NCBI GenBank assembly: GCA_963707215.1
Contig: CAVPPB010000003.1
Location: 928,001-992,000 of the forward strand
Length of the DNA stretch: 64,000 nucleotides
Reading direction: 5' to 3'
Origin: an uncultured Chloroflexia bacterium
GTDB taxonomy: Bacteria; Chloroflexota; Limnocylindria; Limnocylindrales; CSP1-4
Positions within the stretch are counted from its first letter, which is position 1, and each line of letters begins with the position of its first letter. The position numbers were made by a program, and so were the translations under genes. The notes below the pieces were generated by a model, which had not been told where the DNA came from, ran no database searches, and saw only the letters and a program-made list of their open reading frames with translations. This document shows positions 1 through 9,548 of the stretch, in pieces.

Positions 1-297
1 ATCTCGGTCGAGACCTCGGAGGGCGGCACAACGGTCCTCGAGGACGGCCGCTCGCTCTACACCCGGGAGCGCTTCCGGCTGACCGGGCGGGACGCCGACC
101 CGGCCCGGGCCGAGATGCACGCGGACGTCGTCTACCGCTGGCGCGAGCACGCGTTCGAGGCCGAGATCAGGGCGACCGCCGGGCTCATCTCCGACAGCGA
201 GGCGTTCGACCTCGAAGTCCAGCTCGAGGTCGACGTCGACGGCGAGCGCTTCTTCGACCGGAAGACTGCCGAGCGGGTGCCCCGGCACCTGGTCTGA
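1..297 (+). CDS. CocE/NonD family hydrolase, C-terminal fragment (5' end outside window)
   Basis: Frame is open from base 1. It ends ...SDSEAFDLEVQLEVDVDGERFFDRKTAERVPRHLV*, resembling the C-terminus of CocE/NonD (peptidase S15) proteins. Confidence 0.65.
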   Translation: MSVETSEGGTTVLEDGRSLYTRERFRLTGRDADPARAEMHADVVYRWREHAFEAEIRATAGLISDSEAFDLEVQLEVDVDGERFFDRKTAERVPRHLV

Positions 298-364
298 TCG
301 GGCCCGGGGCGGTGCCCGGTTGTCCGGCAAGGCCCGGCCGGCACCTGGCCCGGGCGGCTGCTGC

Positions 365-1036
365 CTAGCCCACCAGCAGGTCTGCCGCGATGACGGCGGC
401 GAAGCCGACGATGACGGCGTTGCCCACCAGGCTGGTCCAGCGGCGCAGCGAGGGAGCGGCATGGCGGTGGAGCGCCGACCCGACGGCGGCGAGGAGAAGC
501 TGCCACGACGCCGAGGCGGCGAAGGCCGAGATGGCGAAGCCGAGCCGCTCGACGGGACCGTCGCCCAGGGCCGGCAGACCAAGGACCAGCGCGGCGAAGT
601 AGGTCACCGTCATCGGGTTCAGGAGGGTCAACCCCAGGAAGGCGAGGTAGGTCCGGGCGTTCCCGCGACGGCCCCGGAGGTCGCCGTGCGGCGCCGGATC
701 GAGGCCGGGGCGCGGTGGAGGGTCGGCCACCGCGCGGGCCGGTGTCCGGAGGCCTCGTCGGAGGCCGATCGCGGCGATGGCGAGCAGGGCGAGGACCGAG
801 GCCCAGCGAAGCGGCGTCTCCCATGGCGCGAGCGCCAGCGCCACGGCGGCCCCGAAGAGCGCGGCGGCGGCGGCGTAGACGCCGTCCGCTGTCGCAGCGC
901 CCAGGCCGGCGGCCGCACCAGCACGGAACCCGTCACGTGAGCCCAGATCGACGATGAGGACCGCGATCGCCCCGACCGGGATGGCGATGCCGTAGCCCGC
1001 GACGAGACCGGCGACGACGGCGTCGGCGAGCGGCAC
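365..1036 (-). CDS. LysE family translocator
   Basis: N-terminal IAIPVGAIAVL..GFRAGAAAGLGAATADGVY and the LTLLNP motif; hydrophobic, 223 aa. Confidence 0.85.
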   Translation of the reverse strand: MPLADAVVAGLVAGYGIAIPVGAIAVLIVDLGSRDGFRAGAAAGLGAATADGVYAAAAALFGAAVALALAPWETPLRWASVLALLAIAAIGLRRGLRTPARAVADPPPRPGLDPAPHGDLRGRRGNARTYLAFLGLTLLNPMTVTYFAALVLGLPALGDGPVERLGFAISAFAASASWQLLLAAVGSALHRHAAPSLRRWTSLVGNAVIVGFAAVIAADLLVG

Positions 1037-1051
1037 GACGGCCCGGGGAGC

Positions 1052-2575
1052 CTAGCTGCCGAGGCCGAGCGGCTCGAGCGCAGCGGCCAGAGCCGCCCGG
1101 TGCTCCGGGGTCGAGAAGTCCAGGATCGGGTGACCCGGCAGGATCCGCTCGGTCACGGCGCCGCGGATCCGGACGTAGGCGACCGGGTAGATGGCGCCGG
1201 TCCCGTCGGCCTCGAGGGTCATCGCGGCGCCGTCCACGCCGGACTCGTCGTCCACGAAGGCGGCCAGCGGGACGATGCCCTCGTCGCGAAGCCCGCGGTC
1301 GGGATCGACCGAGATCGCATGGGCCAGGAACGCCTTCTGATGGAGCAGCTCGGGGCCGTTCGTCGCCTCATCGAGGAGCAGGTCGGCGACGGCCGACGGC
1401 TGGATCGTCGGTCGCTCGACAGCCATCCCGAACCGGGTCTCGGCCAATCGCTGGGCGAGGAGCCGGGAGTTGTACCGGTGGCCGTGGACCGCCCCCGAGT
1501 TCGGTGGGATACCGTGCTTCTTGAGTCCGGTGACGGCCTGGGTGATCGTCCCCGCGAAGTGGATGCCCGGGACGGTCGCGCTCTCCCACCAGGTGGTCTG
1601 AGCCGGCAGGGCGCTCAGGCCGAAGGTCGCCACGCCGAGCGACGGCAGGTCGCGGAGCGGACACATGAAGCCGGTCGCCTCGATGACGTCGTCCGCGGCG
1701 ACCGCCAGCTCCTCGCCGGTATCGGTCCGGCGGACCCGGACGATCAGCTCACCTCCCGAGGATTCGATCCGATCGATCTTGGCGTCGAGGATGCCGACGC
1801 CACCGCCCAGGGCGTTGTCCTCGAAGGGCTGGGCGTACCGAGCCCGGACCCCGACGAGCGACCGGGTGACCACCGACAGCTTCGCCGGCGACGGCGAGGC
1901 GAGGACGATGGAGCCCGCCCACGCGAGCAGGCCGTTGGCCAGCTCGAAACCCGAGTTCCGCTTCCCGATCACGAACACCCGCCGCCCGGCGTACGTCTCC
2001 ACCGGTCGGACGTCGGCGTAGTGATGGGCCAGCTCGATCCCCGGGATGGACGCGCTGTATGGCTCGGCGACTCCGACCGCGAAGATCGCCTCCCGGCAGC
2101 GGTACTCGCCGTCGCTGGTGACGATGACGACGCGCCGACCGTCGGGACCGTCATCGAGCCTCGTGGATTCCCAGCTGCAGCCGTAGCGGACCTCGAGGCC
2201 GGTCCGCTCGACGAAGGTGACGAGGCTGTCCTCCATCTCGGGACGAGACGGAAACTCCGACGTCCCGTCCATGAGTCCGGGCTGCAGGTTCCTGGCCGAT
2301 GGCTCGTCGGCAAGGAGGCTGTTCCAGTCGTAGCGCTCGTAGGCTCGGCTCTCGCGCGGCACCGGCGCGTAGGGCTTGGTCCACGAGAGCAGGCGCTGGA
2401 AGTGGGGCCACTTCAGGAACATACCGCCCGGCCCCGGGTCCGCCGAGATGACCGCCACCTCGATCCCCAGACGGCGCAACGAGTAGGCGACCTGGAGGCC
2501 GCCCGGGCCGCTGCCCACGACGACGACCGGGTAGTCGCCCGGGGGGAAGGGCCGCTCGTCGCTCGTCGCAGCCAC
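1052..2575 (-). CDS. FAD/NAD(P)-dependent oxidoreductase, FOXRED2-like
   Basis: VVVVGSGPGGLQ FAD motif, VIGKRNSGFE NAD(P) motif, RYDWNSLL and HGHRYN. GTG start chosen about 9 nt after GAGG; the longer ORF runs into the upstream gene. Confidence 0.8.
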   Translation of the reverse strand: MAATSDERPFPPGDYPVVVVGSGPGGLQVAYSLRRLGIEVAVISADPGPGGMFLKWPHFQRLLSWTKPYAPVPRESRAYERYDWNSLLADEPSARNLQPGLMDGTSEFPSRPEMEDSLVTFVERTGLEVRYGCSWESTRLDDGPDGRRVVIVTSDGEYRCREAIFAVGVAEPYSASIPGIELAHHYADVRPVETYAGRRVFVIGKRNSGFELANGLLAWAGSIVLASPSPAKLSVVTRSLVGVRARYAQPFEDNALGGGVGILDAKIDRIESSGGELIVRVRRTDTGEELAVAADDVIEATGFMCPLRDLPSLGVATFGLSALPAQTTWWESATVPGIHFAGTITQAVTGLKKHGIPPNSGAVHGHRYNSRLLAQRLAETRFGMAVERPTIQPSAVADLLLDEATNGPELLHQKAFLAHAISVDPDRGLRDEGIVPLAAFVDDESGVDGAAMTLEADGTGAIYPVAYVRIRGAVTERILPGHPILDFSTPEHRAALAAALEPLGLGS

Positions 2576-2586
2576 GTCCACCGCCC

Positions 2587-3009
2587 TCAGGGCCGCCAGC
2601 GAGTGGCGTTCCGGAGTCGCCGCCCGAGAGCCTGGAGCATCCGGTACATGACCTTGGGGTGGGCGAGGAGGAAGGGCTCCACCGCCGGTCCCGGCAGGAT
2701 GAGCACCCGGACCGGTCCCACCGCGACGATGTCGGCGATGGGCGATTCGCCCAGGAGGATCGAGACCTCGCCGAAGAAGTCGCCGCGACCCAGGGTCGTC
2801 CGCTCCTCGCCGTCGACACGGACCGAGCAGTCGCCCTCCAGGATCACGTAGAAGCCGCTCCCCGACAGGCCCTGGCGGAGGATCCGTTCGCCGGCCGGGA
2901 ACCAGGCCTCCTCGAAGTGGCTGACGACGGCCTCGAGCTGGGGGGTCGTCAGGTCGGCGAACAGGGCGAACCCGGCGAGCTTCTCGGCGATCTCCTCGCG
3001 GCTGGCCAT
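2587..3009 (-). CDS. Stand-alone cyclic nucleotide-binding domain protein
   Basis: LFADL, GERILRQG, FYVILEG, LGRGDFFGE. The phosphate-binding-cassette Arg is absent (ESPIAD). GAGGAGG RBS. Confidence 0.9.
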   Translation of the reverse strand: MASREEIAEKLAGFALFADLTTPQLEAVVSHFEEAWFPAGERILRQGLSGSGFYVILEGDCSVRVDGEERTTLGRGDFFGEVSILLGESPIADIVAVGPVRVLILPGPAVEPFLLAHPKVMYRMLQALGRRLRNATRWRP

Positions 3010-3201
3010 GGCCCCTCCTCATCGCGGCAGCGTCCGTCCACGCGGCGACCCGCACCACGGAAGACGATCGTGCCACCCCGGACCGGCATCGGCAAGCCGG
3101 GACCTGCCCCGGAGGGGCGGGAGCCGCGCTCGGGCCGACCCGTCAGCATTGACGGGGCAGGTGGCGGGGTCGCACGATGCGGTCGAGCCAGAGGAGACCC
3201 G

Positions 3202-3624
3202 ATGACGACCCAGGCCCACCACGACCTGCTCCGGAGCATCCCGCTGTTCGCCGGCGCCGACCCGGGCGATCTTGCGGCCCTGGCCGCGGTAGCGACGGAG
3301 GCCGATTTCCCGGCCGGCCGCTCGGTGGTCCGCCAGGGCGACCCCGGCTCTGGCCTGTTCGTCGTCCTCGAGGGGTCGGTCCGCGTCGTCCGCGACGGCG
3401 AGACCCTCGCCGAGCTCGGTCCGGGCCAGTGGTTCGGCGAGCTGGCCGTGCTCGACCGCGGACCGCGGACCGCGGCCGTGCTCACGACCGTCCCGACCCG
3501 CTGCCTGGCGGTGGCAGCGTGGGACGCCGAGCGGCTCATGATCGAGCGCCCGACCCTTGCCGTCGCGGTGGCCCGGGCCATGGCCGAGCGGCTCCGCGAC
3601 GTCCTGGAGGACCATCACGGCTGA
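3202..3624 (+). CDS. Stand-alone cyclic nucleotide-binding domain protein
   Basis: IPLF, VVRQGDPG, LGPGQWFGELAVLDRGPRTA (intact cassette). AGGAG RBS before ATG 3202. Confidence 0.9.
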   Translation: MTTQAHHDLLRSIPLFAGADPGDLAALAAVATEADFPAGRSVVRQGDPGSGLFVVLEGSVRVVRDGETLAELGPGQWFGELAVLDRGPRTAAVLTTVPTRCLAVAAWDAERLMIERPTLAVAVARAMAERLRDVLEDHHG

Positions 3625-3654
3625 TCAGCATCGCCGATCAGCCCCCGAGCGACC

Positions 3655-6450
3655 ATGAGCAGCGTCCCGAGCCAACTGCCACTCCCCACGGGGACCGTGA
3701 CCTTCCCGTTCACGGACATCGAGGGTTCCACCCGCCTCGTCCAGGCCCTCGGCGCCGACCGTTGGGGGCCGCTCCTCGAGCGCCACCGCGAGATCGTCCG
3801 GACAGCCCTCGCGGCATCGGACGGGATCGAGATCCAGACCGAGGGCGACGCCTTCTTCGCGGTCTTCGCCCGTCCCGCCGACGCCATCCGAGCGGTCGTG
3901 GCGGCCCAGCGCGGGCTGGCGGCCGAGCCATGGCCGGAGGACGCCCCGGTCCGGGTCAGGATGGGCCTCCACACCGGGGACGGCGAGCTCGACGCCGACG
4001 GGGCCTACGTCGGAGCCGACGTCCACCGCGCAGCCCGGGTCGGCGGCGCCGGCCACGGCGGCCAGGTGGTCCTCTCGGCCGCGACCGCCGCCCTCCTGTC
4101 GACGAGCCTCCCCGACGGCGTGGCCCTCCGGGACCTCGGCGAGCACCGCCTCAAGGATCTCCGACCGGAGCGCCTCTGGCAGCTCGATGCGGATGGCCTG
4201 CCGCACGACTTCCCGGCCGTCCGCTCGCTCGACGCGCGGCCGAACAACCTGCCGACCCAGCTGACGAGCTTCGTGGGGCGGCACCGGGAGCTGGCCGAGA
4301 CCGGCGCGCTCCTCCGGGGGACCCGGCTCCTGACGCTCACCGGACCGGGCGGGACCGGCAAGACCCGCCTCTCGCTGCAGCTGGCGGCGGCGGCGGCCGA
4401 CGCCTACCCGGCGGGGACCTGGTTCGTACCCCTGGAGCCGATCCGGGACCCGACGCTGGTCCTGCCCACGATCGCCCGGACGCTGGGGATCGCCGAGCGG
4501 GCCGAGCGAACGCCGCTCGACATGCTCACCGAGACGATCGGCGAGGATCGGATCCTCTTCGTGCTCGACAACTTCGAGCAGGTCATCGATGCCGCCCCGG
4601 ACGTCGCCGCGCTCCTCAGGGCGTGTCCTGGGATCGCCGTGATCACAACCAGCCGGGCCGTGCTCCGCGTCTCCGGCGAGCAGGAGTACGTCGTCCCAGG
4701 GCTGCCCAGCCCGCCCGACACCAGCCGCCTCTCCCGGGTCGAGCTGGAGAACCTCCCCCCGGCGGTCCGACGGCCCGATGCGGCGACCCTGTGCCAGTAC
4801 GAGGCCGTCCGGCTCTTCATCGCCCGTGCCGTCGCCGTCCGCCCCGGCTTCCAGGTGACCAACGACAACGCGCCCGCCGTCGCCGCCATCTGCGCCCGCC
4901 TCCAGGGCATGCCCCTGGCGATCGAGCTGGCCGCGGCCCGCGTCAGGATCCTCTCGCCGGAGCAGATCCTGGCTCGGCTCGAGGACCAGCTCGCACTCCT
5001 GACCTCGACCGCCCGCGACCTCCCGGAGCGCCAGCGGACGCTGCGCGGGGCGATCGCCTGGAGCTGTGACCTCCTCGACGAGCCGCACCGCCGGCTCCTG
5101 GCCCGCTTGTCGGTCTTCCGCGGCGGCTGGGATCTGGGCATGGCCGAGGCGGTCCTGGACGCCGGCGACGGGACCGGGTCGGAGGGCCCGGGCCTCGACA
5201 TCCTCGAGGGCCTGACGACGCTCGTCGACCAGAGCCTCGCCCGGAGCGTCGACATCGGCGATGAGCCGCGCTTCGACCTCTTGGAATCGATCCGCGAGTT
5301 CGCCGCCGAGCTGCTCGCCGAGGCCGGGGTGACGGAGGTCGTCCGCGAGCGCCATGCCGGGGCCTTCCTCGCCCTGGCCGAGGAGGCCGCGCCGCACCTG
5401 TCGGGCGAGGATCAGCGCGCCTGGCTGGAGCGACTGGAGCGCGATCACGACAACCTGCGGGCCGCGCTCTCGTGGGCCGTCGAGCGACCGGATCCCGAGG
5501 TGGCGGTCCGCCTGGCGTTCGCCCTGTGGCGCTTCTGGCAGCAGCGCGGCTACCTCCGCGAGGCCCGGCGCGAGCTCGAGGAGCTCGCCGCCGTGGGCTG
5601 GGAGCTGTCGCCGGTGCTGCGGGCCCGTCTTGCCGAGGCTGCCGGCGGGGTCGCCTACTGGCAGGCCGACCTGGACGCGGCCGCCCACTGGTACGACGAC
5701 GCGCTCGCGGAGTGGGAGCGCCTCGGAGACGAGCGGGAGATCGCCAACGCGCTCTACAACCGCGGCTACATCGAGGTCGCATCGATGCAGACGATCATGG
5801 CGGAGAAGGACAGCGAGGAGGCCCGGCGCCTGTGCCAGGAGCAGGCCGCCGACGCCCGCCGTCGCTTCGACCTGGCGCTGACCATCTACCGGGGGATCGG
5901 AGATCGGGTAGGCGAGGCCAACGTCCTGTGGGGTCTGGGCGGGCTCGAGGCCTTCCTGGGCGACCAGGTGGCCGCCGAGCCGTGGTTCCGGCGATCGCTC
6001 GAGCTGCACCTGGCCGCCGGGCACCGGACCATGGAAGCGTGGTCGCTCCACATGCTGAGCCTGGCGCTGGTGGACCAACGTCGGCTCGACGAGGCGCTCG
6101 AGATGTCCCGCCAGGCCCTTCGGCTCTTCCACCGGTCCGGGGACATCTCCGGCATCACCCTCTGCCTCGACGCGCTCGCCGCCATCGCGCTTGGTGACGA
6201 CGACACGGCTCGATCCGGGCGACTCTGGGGAGCAGCCCGGGCGCTCCAGCTGGCCAGCGGCGCCGACCTCGCCCAGTGGGACGAGGGCCTGTTCGAGACG
6301 CTCAAGGACCTGAGTCCCCGCACCCGGATCCCGGGGGACGAGCTCGAGCGACTGGCTGCCGAGGGGCGAGCCATGGCCCTGGACGAGACGGTCGCCTACG
6401 CCATGGGCGAGCGGCCGCCGAACGCGACCGAAGGACCGCCGACCGCGTAG
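3655..6450 (+). CDS. Class III nucleotide cyclase - STAND/NB-ARC-like ATPase - TPR protein
   Basis: FTDIEGST, EGDAF and VRMGLHTG cyclase motifs; NLP..LTSFVGR; Walker A GPGGTGKT; Walker B LFVLDNFE; GMPLAIELAAAR; C-terminal TPR-like helices. Confidence 0.9.
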   Translation: MSSVPSQLPLPTGTVTFPFTDIEGSTRLVQALGADRWGPLLERHREIVRTALAASDGIEIQTEGDAFFAVFARPADAIRAVVAAQRGLAAEPWPEDAPVRVRMGLHTGDGELDADGAYVGADVHRAARVGGAGHGGQVVLSAATAALLSTSLPDGVALRDLGEHRLKDLRPERLWQLDADGLPHDFPAVRSLDARPNNLPTQLTSFVGRHRELAETGALLRGTRLLTLTGPGGTGKTRLSLQLAAAAADAYPAGTWFVPLEPIRDPTLVLPTIARTLGIAERAERTPLDMLTETIGEDRILFVLDNFEQVIDAAPDVAALLRACPGIAVITTSRAVLRVSGEQEYVVPGLPSPPDTSRLSRVELENLPPAVRRPDAATLCQYEAVRLFIARAVAVRPGFQVTNDNAPAVAAICARLQGMPLAIELAAARVRILSPEQILARLEDQLALLTSTARDLPERQRTLRGAIAWSCDLLDEPHRRLLARLSVFRGGWDLGMAEAVLDAGDGTGSEGPGLDILEGLTTLVDQSLARSVDIGDEPRFDLLESIREFAAELLAEAGVTEVVRERHAGAFLALAEEAAPHLSGEDQRAWLERLERDHDNLRAALSWAVERPDPEVAVRLAFALWRFWQQRGYLREARRELEELAAVGWELSPVLRARLAEAAGGVAYWQADLDAAAHWYDDALAEWERLGDEREIANALYNRGYIEVASMQTIMAEKDSEEARRLCQEQAADARRRFDLALTIYRGIGDRVGEANVLWGLGGLEAFLGDQVAAEPWFRRSLELHLAAGHRTMEAWSLHMLSLALVDQRRLDEALEMSRQALRLFHRSGDISGITLCLDALAAIALGDDDTARSGRLWGAARALQLASGADLAQWDEGLFETLKDLSPRTRIPGDELERLAAEGRAMALDETVAYAMGERPPNATEGPPTA

Positions 6451-6570
6451 CATTGGGCCCGACCCGCCCCGGGCCCCGCTCACGCTGACCGGGCGGCGGC
6501 TACCGGGCGCGGACGACCGGGCCGGCACACCGGCGCGAGTCGGGCCGACCTCCCAGACAGGCGGTCCACG

Positions 6571-7914
6571 ATGATGTCACGGCTCCGTGCCCTGGCCCGC
6601 AGCTACACCGGCTTCGAGCGTGACGCCCGACTGTTCCTCGTCGCGACCTTCGTGTCCGGGGCCGCCTTCAACCTCTACTGGATCGACTTCAACCTCTACC
6701 TCCGGGCCCTCGGCTTCGAGCCGTCCACGATCGGGCTGGTCGCGGCCGCCGGGTCGCTGGCGGCGGCACTGGCGGCCTTCCCCGCGTCCATCGCCTCGGA
6801 CCGGCTGGGACGCCGCCGCGTCATGCTGGCCGGGATCTGGATCATGGGCCTCGCCACGGCGGGCTACCTGCTCACCGACGGAGCGCTGGCGATCGCCCTC
6901 CTGACGGCGGCCTACGGCGCGGGCCAGCAGACGTTCTTCGTGCTGACCGCCCCCTACCTGACCGAGCACAGCCGGGCCGACCAGCGCAACGAGCTGTTCG
7001 CCCTCCAGTTCGCCATCGGGACCGTGTCGGGCTTCCTCATCGCCCCGATCGCCGGCGTGCTGGCAACGGCGGTCGCGGGCTGGGCCGGGCTCGACCCGAC
7101 CGGCGCGGACCCGTACCGGCTCATCATCCTGGGCATCGTGGCCTGCGTCGCGGTGACCTTCCTGCTCGTCGCCCGCCTGAGCGACGATCGGCCGCGACCG
7201 GTCCCACCGCCGCAGCCACGGGACCTCGGCGAGCCGGCGGCCTTCCCGATCGTCCGCCGGCGGCGACGGTCCCCCCTGCGGACCGGCCTGGCGGTCCGCG
7301 ACCGCGGTCGCTTCTTCCGGCTCCTGCTGCCCGGCTTCCTGATCGCCCTGGGGGCCGGCCAGGTCATCCCCTACCTGAACGTCTTCGTCCAGGGCAAGTT
7401 CGGGCTCGACCTCAGCCAGCTCAACCTCATCTTCGCGTTGACCCAGCTGGGCACGACCGCTGCTGTGCTGGCCCAGCCGATCGTCGCCCGTCGTCTCGGC
7501 AAGATCGGCTCCGTGGTGGCCGTCCAGGGGGTCAGCATCCCGTTCCTGATCGTGCTCGGCTTCTCCCCGATCCTCTGGCCGGTCATCCTGGCCCTGGCCG
7601 TCCGGAACGCCCTGATGAACGCCGGCAATCCCATCTTCACCGCCTTCGCGATGGAGCACGTCGATCCGTCCGAGCGGGCGACCCTCTCGGCGGCGATGAG
7701 CGTGCTCTGGTCGGTCGCCTGGGTCATCGCAGCGCCCTGGTACAGCCTGCTCCAGGCGACCCTCGGCTTCGAGGCCGGCTACGCGGTCTCGTTCGTCACG
7801 ATCATCACCCTGTACTCGACCGCGACGGCGCTGACCTGGGTCTGGTTCCACGGCGTGGAGCGGCGCCCGTCCGGCGGACTCGGGACCACGTCCGTCGCCG
7901 ACCCGACCGGGTAG
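6571..7914 (+). CDS. MFS transporter
   Basis: SDRLGRRRV motif A; about 12 hydrophobic segments. Confidence 0.9.
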   Translation: MMSRLRALARSYTGFERDARLFLVATFVSGAAFNLYWIDFNLYLRALGFEPSTIGLVAAAGSLAAALAAFPASIASDRLGRRRVMLAGIWIMGLATAGYLLTDGALAIALLTAAYGAGQQTFFVLTAPYLTEHSRADQRNELFALQFAIGTVSGFLIAPIAGVLATAVAGWAGLDPTGADPYRLIILGIVACVAVTFLLVARLSDDRPRPVPPPQPRDLGEPAAFPIVRRRRRSPLRTGLAVRDRGRFFRLLLPGFLIALGAGQVIPYLNVFVQGKFGLDLSQLNLIFALTQLGTTAAVLAQPIVARRLGKIGSVVAVQGVSIPFLIVLGFSPILWPVILALAVRNALMNAGNPIFTAFAMEHVDPSERATLSAAMSVLWSVAWVIAAPWYSLLQATLGFEAGYAVSFVTIITLYSTATALTWVWFHGVERRPSGGLGTTSVADPTG

Positions 7915-7923
7915 ACTCGAGTC

Positions 7924-8829
7924 ATGACCGTCGAGCCGAATCCCCCGGTCCCAGGGACGTCGGGCTCCGGGTCCGCGCAGCTCGCGGGCCCGGCTCGGGA
8001 GCGGACCGGGATCCCCCGCAACCCGGGCCGCCACGACCTCAGCATGAAGGCGACCCTGCTCTTCCCCGACCGCGAGATCGTCGAGCGCTACTACGTGCCG
8101 CTCGTCTACACGGCCTGCCGGACCTGCTACTCGGAGCTGCCGCCCGAAGAGATCTTCCGCCGGGCCGCCGGGGGCGAGGTCGACCTCGCCAAGATGCAGA
8201 AGCTCATCTCCGGGGTCATCGAATCCGGGCACGGCAGCACGATCGAGCACATCGTCTTCACCTTCGGCATCACCGGTGTCAGCCGGACCCTCTCGCACCA
8301 GCTGGTCCGCCATCGGGCCGGCGTCGCCTTCGACCAGCAGAGCCAGCGCTACGTGACCTTCAAGCGGGCGGCGACGATGCTGCCGGCCACCATCGCCGAG
8401 TCCGACGAAGGCCTGCGGGATCGCTACGAGGCCCACATCGACGAGGCGCTCGAGCTGTACGGGGAGCTTGCGGGGGCCGGGATCCCCGGCGAGGACGCCC
8501 GCTTCGTCTTCCCCAACGCGACCCGGACCAACCTCGTCATGACGACGAACCTGCGGGCCCTCATCCACATGTCCGGCCTTCGGCTCTGCACCATGGCCCA
8601 ATGGGAGATCCGACGGCTGTTCCAGTTGATCCGCCACGAGATCTTCTCGGTCAGCCCGTTCCTGGGCGCCTTCCTGGCTCCCAAGTGCGTCCCGCTCGGC
8701 TATTGCGACGAGATGGCCAACCGCGACGAGCACTGTCCCATCCGGCCCCACAAGGACAACGTCCTGGCGGCCTGGGCGGAGAAGCAGCGGGCCGCGAAGG
8801 CCGCCGGACGAGAGCTGCCGGTCCGCTGA
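7924..8829 (+). CDS. thyX: FAD-dependent thymidylate synthase
   Basis: GHGSTIEH, QLVRHR...QQSQRY, EDARFVFPNA, LRLC..AQWEIR. Confidence 0.95.
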   Translation: MTVEPNPPVPGTSGSGSAQLAGPARERTGIPRNPGRHDLSMKATLLFPDREIVERYYVPLVYTACRTCYSELPPEEIFRRAAGGEVDLAKMQKLISGVIESGHGSTIEHIVFTFGITGVSRTLSHQLVRHRAGVAFDQQSQRYVTFKRAATMLPATIAESDEGLRDRYEAHIDEALELYGELAGAGIPGEDARFVFPNATRTNLVMTTNLRALIHMSGLRLCTMAQWEIRRLFQLIRHEIFSVSPFLGAFLAPKCVPLGYCDEMANRDEHCPIRPHKDNVLAAWAEKQRAAKAAGRELPVR

Positions 8830-8833
8830 TCGG

Positions 8834-9511
8834 ATGACGATCCATCTCCAGTTCGACCGGATCGCCCCGGGGGTCGAGGTCGGACCGCACCGGCACGGCG
8901 TCGAGACGATCGTCTACCTTGCCGGCGGGGAGCTGGTCTTCGAGCACGGCGAGGACCTCGAGCGCCGGTCGGTGCTGCGAGTCGGCGACGTCCTCTACGA
9001 GGCCCCCGCCGAGTACCACCTCATCCGCAACGAGGGCACCGTCGATGCGCTGGCCCTGCTCGCCGTCACCGACCCGGATCCGCGCCAGCCAGGCACGATC
9101 CTCCGGCGCTGGGATTCCGATCAGGAGCCGGTCCTGCGCGGTGATGCCGCCACCGTCGTCGACGACGACGGGATCCGCCGACGCCTCATCGTCCGACCCG
9201 GGGACTTCGGCTCGGCCACGTTCACGATCACCGAGGTGACGATGGCGGCCGGCCGAGCCGATGCCTGGCACCGGCACCCCGGGGCCGAGCACGCCGTCGT
9301 CGTCTTCGAGGGTCGTGGGGTGGTCACCGTCGGGACGGCCACCGAGACGCTCGAACCGCTCGTCGGCATCCGCGTCGAGGCGGGCCTGGTCCACCGGATC
9401 GAGAACGTCGGCCGGACCGAGCTGCGCTACTACGTCTGCGCCGTCCCCGGTCTCGACCCTACCGTGGACCGCCAGCCCGCCGAACCGCCAGCGCGCCGGC
9501 TCGACGCCTGA
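8834..9511 (+). CDS. Bicupin domain protein
   Basis: Two cupin motif pairs: PHRHGVE...YH and WHRHPGAE...VH. Confidence 0.8.
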   Translation: MTIHLQFDRIAPGVEVGPHRHGVETIVYLAGGELVFEHGEDLERRSVLRVGDVLYEAPAEYHLIRNEGTVDALALLAVTDPDPRQPGTILRRWDSDQEPVLRGDAATVVDDDGIRRRLIVRPGDFGSATFTITEVTMAAGRADAWHRHPGAEHAVVVFEGRGVVTVGTATETLEPLVGIRVEAGLVHRIENVGRTELRYYVCAVPGLDPTVDRQPAEPPARRLDA

Positions 9512-9548
9512 CCGCCGATCCCCTGCCGGTCGCGACGACGGCCCCTGG

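Noticed and set aside
1052-3076. Single 674 aa oxidoreductase, or a cNMP-oxidoreductase fusion
   Set aside because: The extension is Arg-rich nonsense overlapping the cNMP gene in another frame. That gene has its own stop and the oxidoreductase has its own RBS and GTG.
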